DNA of 19,508 nt from Myxococcota bacterium (GTDB lineage Bacteria; Myxococcota; XYA12-FULL-58-9; JALHOP01). The notes under the pieces are model-generated. The model was given only the letters and a program-made list of their open reading frames with translations, was not told the DNA's origin and searched no databases. This document shows positions 15,594-19,508 of the stretch, piece after piece (within the stretch, counting starts at the first letter, position 1; every line of letters starts with the position of its first letter). Location: assembly GCA_041288095.1 (NCBI GenBank), contig JBGGMJ010000179.1:1-19508 (forward strand), written 5' to 3'. The position numbers and the translations under genes are program-made.

Positions 15594-16841
15594 ATGCGTT
15601 TGCTCATCGGCCTCGTCAGCTACTTGTTGTTCTGCGTGGCGTGGCCGTTCCTCTTCTTTCATCCGAAATTGCGCGCGGGTTACCGCGAGCGTTTCGGCCT
15701 CGGGCCTCGCCTCCCCAAAGGCAGCGGACCGCGCATCTGGGCACACGGTGCTTCGGCCGGCGACGTCCTGGCACTGGTTCCGACGCTCAAGGCGCTCAAG
15801 GCGGCGCGCCCCGACGTCGAGATCGTGCTCTCGACGATCACCAATAGCGGCCGCGCGATGGCGGAACGTCAACACGGCTTGGTCAACGTCGTCACCTACT
15901 TGCCCTATGACATCCCGTTCGCGGTGCGCGGCGCCTTGAAGCGGCTCGCGCCCGACATGTTGGTGCTCGAATACACCGAGATCTGGCCGCAGCTCATCTT
16001 GAACGCGCACGACCGGGGTGTGCGCCTGGTATTGCATAACGGGCGCTTCTCCGACGCACGCATCAACTCGTATCGCCGCTTGTTCGCTTTCACGGGCAAT
16101 CTGCTGCGCCGCTTCACCCTGCTGCTCATGCGCGATGACCAGCAGGCCGAAAACGCGCGCAAGCTCGGCGTCGACGAGCACGTGATGCAGACCACCGGCA
16201 ACACCAAGTTCGACAACGTCATGCCCGACCCACCCGCCGAGAAAATCGCCGAGCTGCGCGCCGCCATCGCCTTCCCCGACGACGCGCCGATCTGGGTCGC
16301 CGGCAGCACGCACGAGGACGAGGAAGAGATCCTGATCGGAGTGTTCACGCGACTGCGCGCGACCCTCCCCAACCTGCGGATGGTGATCGCGCCCCGCTAC
16401 GTCGAACGCGCCGACCGCGTGCTGGCCATCGCCAAAGCGGCGGGCTTGAAGGGAAAGCGCCGTTCTCACGAGGGTTCCGGCCGCGACCTGGTCGTGCTCG
16501 ACACCATCGGTGAGCTCGCCGCGTGTTACGCCCTCGCGACACTGGTGTTCGTGGGCGGCTCGTTTGTCCGCCGGGGCGGACAGAACATCCTCGAGCCCGC
16601 GGCCGCCGGCAAGCCGACCATCTTCGGGCCCTTCATGCATAACTTCGCAGACAGCGTGCAGGTGCTCCTGGGACGTGGCGGCATCCAGGTGGCAAGCCCG
16701 GATCAGCTCGAGCGCGTCTTGAAGGACCTCCTCGAGCGCGAGCCGCGACGCAGAGAGCTAGGCGAGCTGGCGCGGGCGCAGGCGCTCTCGTCGCGCGGCG
16801 CGGCCCAACGAAATGCCGAGCTCATCGCCGCGGTGCTCTAG
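15594..16841 (+). CDS. waaA: 3-deoxy-D-manno-octulosonic acid (Kdo) transferase
   Basis: IWAHGASAGD, YLPYD, EYTEIWP, NGRFS, GNTKFD, AGSTHEDEE, DTIGEL and FVGGSFVRRGGQNILEPA. Start set to the ATG at 15594, giving an N-terminal TM helix. Confidence 0.93.
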   Translation: MRLLIGLVSYLLFCVAWPFLFFHPKLRAGYRERFGLGPRLPKGSGPRIWAHGASAGDVLALVPTLKALKAARPDVEIVLSTITNSGRAMAERQHGLVNVVTYLPYDIPFAVRGALKRLAPDMLVLEYTEIWPQLILNAHDRGVRLVLHNGRFSDARINSYRRLFAFTGNLLRRFTLLLMRDDQQAENARKLGVDEHVMQTTGNTKFDNVMPDPPAEKIAELRAAIAFPDDAPIWVAGSTHEDEEEILIGVFTRLRATLPNLRMVIAPRYVERADRVLAIAKAAGLKGKRRSHEGSGRDLVVLDTIGELAACYALATLVFVGGSFVRRGGQNILEPAAAGKPTIFGPFMHNFADSVQVLLGRGGIQVASPDQLERVLKDLLEREPRRRELGELARAQALSSRGAAQRNAELIAAVL

Positions 16842-16855
16842 GCGGTCGTCACGAC

Positions 16856-17671
16856 CTAACGAGGCCAGGCCGCGAGGTACGCGATCCACGAGTCTTCGTT
16901 GTCGGCGCGCTTTACCTTGCGGAAGACGCCGTTGCCGGTGCCGTCCGAGTTGGCGCCCTCCCAATACGTGTCGACGCGGGCGAAGCCTGCCTCGTACAAC
17001 GCATCGATGAGCTCGGGCAGCGTCCAGATGCGCCAATCGTAGCTGAAGGCGCGCTCGAGGCTGGTGCCGTCGCGGAACTCGAAGCTGATGTAGCGCATGG
17101 CGTGGGCGCTCACCGCGTCCATGACCGCTTGCTCCCAAACGTACGTGAAGGCCGGATGTTTGGTGCGCTCGACGACCTCGACTTGCGCGTCGGGCCCGCC
17201 ATGGATGTCGGTGAAGAAGACGCCGTCATCGCCGAGACCACGGCGTACGGCTTCGTAATAGCGGACAAGCGTCTTGCGGTCCTTGAAGACGCAATACGAG
17301 AAGTTGAAGGCCACCGCGACGTCGACCTTGGCGGCGATGCCGGCGAGGACGTCACGCTCGAGCAAATGAACGCGCGAGGCGCGCTCGCCCAGGGGCTTCA
17401 CGTAGTTGTCGCGGCCGTACTGCATCGTCGGGCCGTGCAGATCGAGACCCCAAGCCTCACCGTCGGGCTTACGCTCCACCCAGTCGGCGCAAAGCTTCGC
17501 GGTGCCACAGAAGTCTTCGCGCAAGGTCAGCGGCAGGCGGCCGCGCTCCTTCTTGAAGACCCGGTCCATGAACCGGATGTCGCTGTCGGGATCTTGCACC
17601 GACAAGAGATAGAGAGCGTGCTTGTCCGCTTTAGCGGCTGTCTGTTTGTCGAATTTAACTCGGCGAGCCAC
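16856..17671 (-). CDS. Class I SAM-dependent methyltransferase of unknown substrate
   Basis: LYLLSVQDP, LREDFCGTA, GLDL, AFNFSY and YDWRIWTLPE. GTG start at 17671 just after the upstream stop; the track's extension to 18229 overlaps the upstream gene. Confidence 0.8.
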   Translation of the reverse strand: MARRVKFDKQTAAKADKHALYLLSVQDPDSDIRFMDRVFKKERGRLPLTLREDFCGTAKLCADWVERKPDGEAWGLDLHGPTMQYGRDNYVKPLGERASRVHLLERDVLAGIAAKVDVAVAFNFSYCVFKDRKTLVRYYEAVRRGLGDDGVFFTDIHGGPDAQVEVVERTKHPAFTYVWEQAVMDAVSAHAMRYISFEFRDGTSLERAFSYDWRIWTLPELIDALYEAGFARVDTYWEGANSDGTGNGVFRKVKRADNEDSWIAYLAAWPR

Positions 17672-17684
17672 GGGCGAGCGCCTA

Positions 17685-18611
17685 TCACAGCCCGCGTTCG
17701 AGACCCAAGGTCGTCGCGAGGGCGACCAAATCTTTTGGCGGCGCGGCGATCCACTCGATGCTCTTGCCACTCGCCGGGTGCGGCACCACCAAGCTGTGCG
17801 CGTGCAACATGACGCGGCCGATGGCGAGCGGGGGCGTGCTCGCGGTGTAGACCGGTCCCCCGTAGAGACGATCCCCCAAGATGGGGTGCCCGACATGCGC
17901 CGCGTGCACCCGGATCTGGTGGGTGCGGCCGGTGCGCGGGCGCGCTTCGACGAGCGTCGCGATGGTCCCGACGGCGCGAGGCACGAGCTTCGTGAATGCC
18001 TGCTTACCTTGTTCTGGGTCGACTTTGTGACGGGTGCCTTGGGCGCGGCCAATCGGGGCATCGACGTCGCGCTCGTCGGAGAGCCTGCCGTTGCATATCG
18101 CGAGGTAGCGCTTGACGGCCCGAGCGTCGCGAAAAGTCGCGTCGAGCTTGCGCGCGGCGGCAGCCGTGCGCGCCATGACGATGACACCGCTGGTCCCGGC
18201 GTCGAGGCGATGCACGAGCCAGAGGTCACGGTTGCGCTCGTTCATCGTGGCGAGGAGCTTGGGCACGAGCGTCTGCAACGAGATGCTGCCGATGCGATCC
18301 GTCTCGGAGAGCAGCCCGGATGGCTTGTCGACCACGACGACCTCGCGGTCCCAGTGGAGGATGCGTTCCCGCTCGAGCACCGGCTCGTTCCTGGGCTGCT
18401 GCTCGGCGACTGCTTCTCGACTGCGGTCGATCACGACCTTGGCCCCTGCCCTCACGGGCTTGGCAATAATCTTCCAGGGCTTACCGTTCACGGTGACCGC
18501 GCCTTCGCCGATGACGATGCGGGCGATGCGCCGCGACACGTCGAGGGCGCGCGCTACGATGCGGTCGAGCTTCTCGCCATCGTCGGCCGCTTCGACGACG
18601 AGCTCAATCAA
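17685..18611 (-). CDS. RluA-family (RluD-like) pseudouridine synthase with S4 domain
   Basis: KLDRIVA S4-like N-terminus, VVDKPSGL, catalytic HRLDAGTSG, TGRTHQIRVH, GHPILGDRLYG and LHAHSL; TTG start overlapping the mreB end. Confidence 0.93.
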   Translation of the reverse strand: MIELVVEAADDGEKLDRIVARALDVSRRIARIVIGEGAVTVNGKPWKIIAKPVRAGAKVVIDRSREAVAEQQPRNEPVLERERILHWDREVVVVDKPSGLLSETDRIGSISLQTLVPKLLATMNERNRDLWLVHRLDAGTSGVIVMARTAAAARKLDATFRDARAVKRYLAICNGRLSDERDVDAPIGRAQGTRHKVDPEQGKQAFTKLVPRAVGTIATLVEARPRTGRTHQIRVHAAHVGHPILGDRLYGGPVYTASTPPLAIGRVMLHAHSLVVPHPASGKSIEWIAAPPKDLVALATTLGLERGL

Positions 18612-19508
18612 TGAGGATCTGCTTGTAGCCCTCGATGTCCTCGAGGACCATGCCGGCGCCTTTGACCACCGACAGCAGCGGCTCGTCGGCGACGAACGCG
18701 GGGATGCCGATTTCTTCGCGCAACATGGTGGCGAGCCCGCGCAAACCGGCGCCGCCGCCCGCGAGCACGATGCCCCGATCGGAGATGTCGCCCGCGAGCT
18801 CCGGTGGCGTTTTTTCGAGAGTCGCCTTGACGGCCTCGAGAATGCTGCGCGCGCAGTCCGCTAAAGCGTCTCGGACTTCGGGCGCGGTGAGCTCGATGGA
18901 CTTCGGCACGCCGCTGATGAGATCGCGGCCCTTCACGTCCATGGGATTCGGCTCGACGCCGTCGTCGGGCGCCCAGACGCTGCCGAGCTGGACCTTGATC
19001 GTCTCGGCGGTGCGCTCACCGATGAGCATGTTGTGGTTGCGGCGCACGTAATTGATGATGGCTTCGTCGAGCTTGTCGCCGGCGACCTTGAGGGTGACGT
19101 TGGTGACCATGCCCGACATCGACACCACCGCGACGTCGGTCGTACCGCCGCCGATGTCGACGATCATGTTGCCCCGCGCTTCTCGGACCGGTAGCCCCGC
19201 GCCGATCGCCGCCGCCATCGGCTGCTCGATGAGCCACACCTGACGGACACCGGCATTCTCGGCGGCTTCGCGTACCGCTTTGCGCTCGACGTTGGTGATC
19301 CCCGCGGGCACCGAGATGATGAGGCGCGAGCGCACGAAGTGACGACGATTATGGATCTTGGCGATGAAGTACTTGAGCATCGCCTCGGTGACGGTGAAGT
19401 CGGCGATGACGCCGTCGCGCATCTGGCGGATGGCGACGATGTTGCCCGGTGTCTTCCCGAGCATGTTCTTGGCGTCGAGACCCACCGCGACGACCTTTTG
19501 CTGCCCAC
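18604..19508 (-). CDS. mreB: Rod shape-determining protein MreB (5' end outside the window)
   Basis: RDGVIADF, VPAGITNVERKAV, MAAAIGAGLPV, VDIGGGTTD, GERTAE.IK, KGRDL, TPPELAGDI and LAGGGA; the frame stays open to the window edge. Confidence 0.95.
   Translation of the reverse strand, partial: GQQKVVAVGLDAKNMLGKTPGNIVAIRQMRDGVIADFTVTEAMLKYFIAKIHNRRHFVRSRLIISVPAGITNVERKAVREAAENAGVRQVWLIEQPMAAAIGAGLPVREARGNMIVDIGGGTTDVAVVSMSGMVTNVTLKVAGDKLDEAIINYVRRNHNMLIGERTAETIKVQLGSVWAPDDGVEPNPMDVKGRDLISGVPKSIELTAPEVRDALADCARSILEAVKATLEKTPPELAGDISDRGIVLAGGGAGLRGLATMLREEIGIPAFVADEPLLSVVKGAGMVLEDIEGYKQILID

Noticed and set aside
16844..16856. GGTCGT-C-ACGACC inverted repeat between the convergent waaA and methyltransferase stops
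   Set aside because: Short stem with no U-tract on either strand; too weak to call a terminator.
17672..18229. N-terminal extension of the methyltransferase ORF, suggesting a fusion or frameshift
   Set aside because: It is an alternate frame of the intact pseudouridine synthase gene; recognisable methyltransferase sequence begins only after 17671.
1..19508. CRISPR arrays, tRNA/rRNA, transposases, integrases, tandem repeats
   Set aside because: None seen; all intergenic gaps are under about 80 bp and all long CDS are accounted for.

Overview
High-GC, gene-dense chromosomal segment from a diderm, LPS-making bacterium. waaA is present, and the gene set is suggestive of Myxococcota/deltaproteobacteria, which is an inference. 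I call 20 CDS and see no RNA genes, CRISPR arrays or mobile elements. Left end (minus strand): a tightly coupled operon of lipoprotein, CxxCxC-headed outer-membrane barrel, two MlaE permeases, MlaF with a degenerate ABC signature, and MlaD (cut by the window edge). Next are a Nudix hydrolase and, divergently, a 150-aa protein that looks like a truncated IscU-type scaffold with an extra C-terminal CxxCxxC. These are followed by sspB, prmA, an orphan Cys-rich type I solute-binding lipoprotein, a short GGQ release-factor homologue and a 1217-aa soluble-adenylyl-cyclase-like protein (two cyclase domains, STAND NTPase, TPR-like region). The rest is DUF1684, a CPBP protease, class I FBP aldolase, a stand-alone MshEN protein, waaA, a SAM methyltransferase, an RluA/RluD-family synthase and a 5'-truncated mreB not followed by mreC. 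The best novelty candidates are the MCE operon with putative metal-binding outer-membrane partners and the IscU-like CxxCxxC protein. All family calls come from motif recognition by eye; no searches were run.
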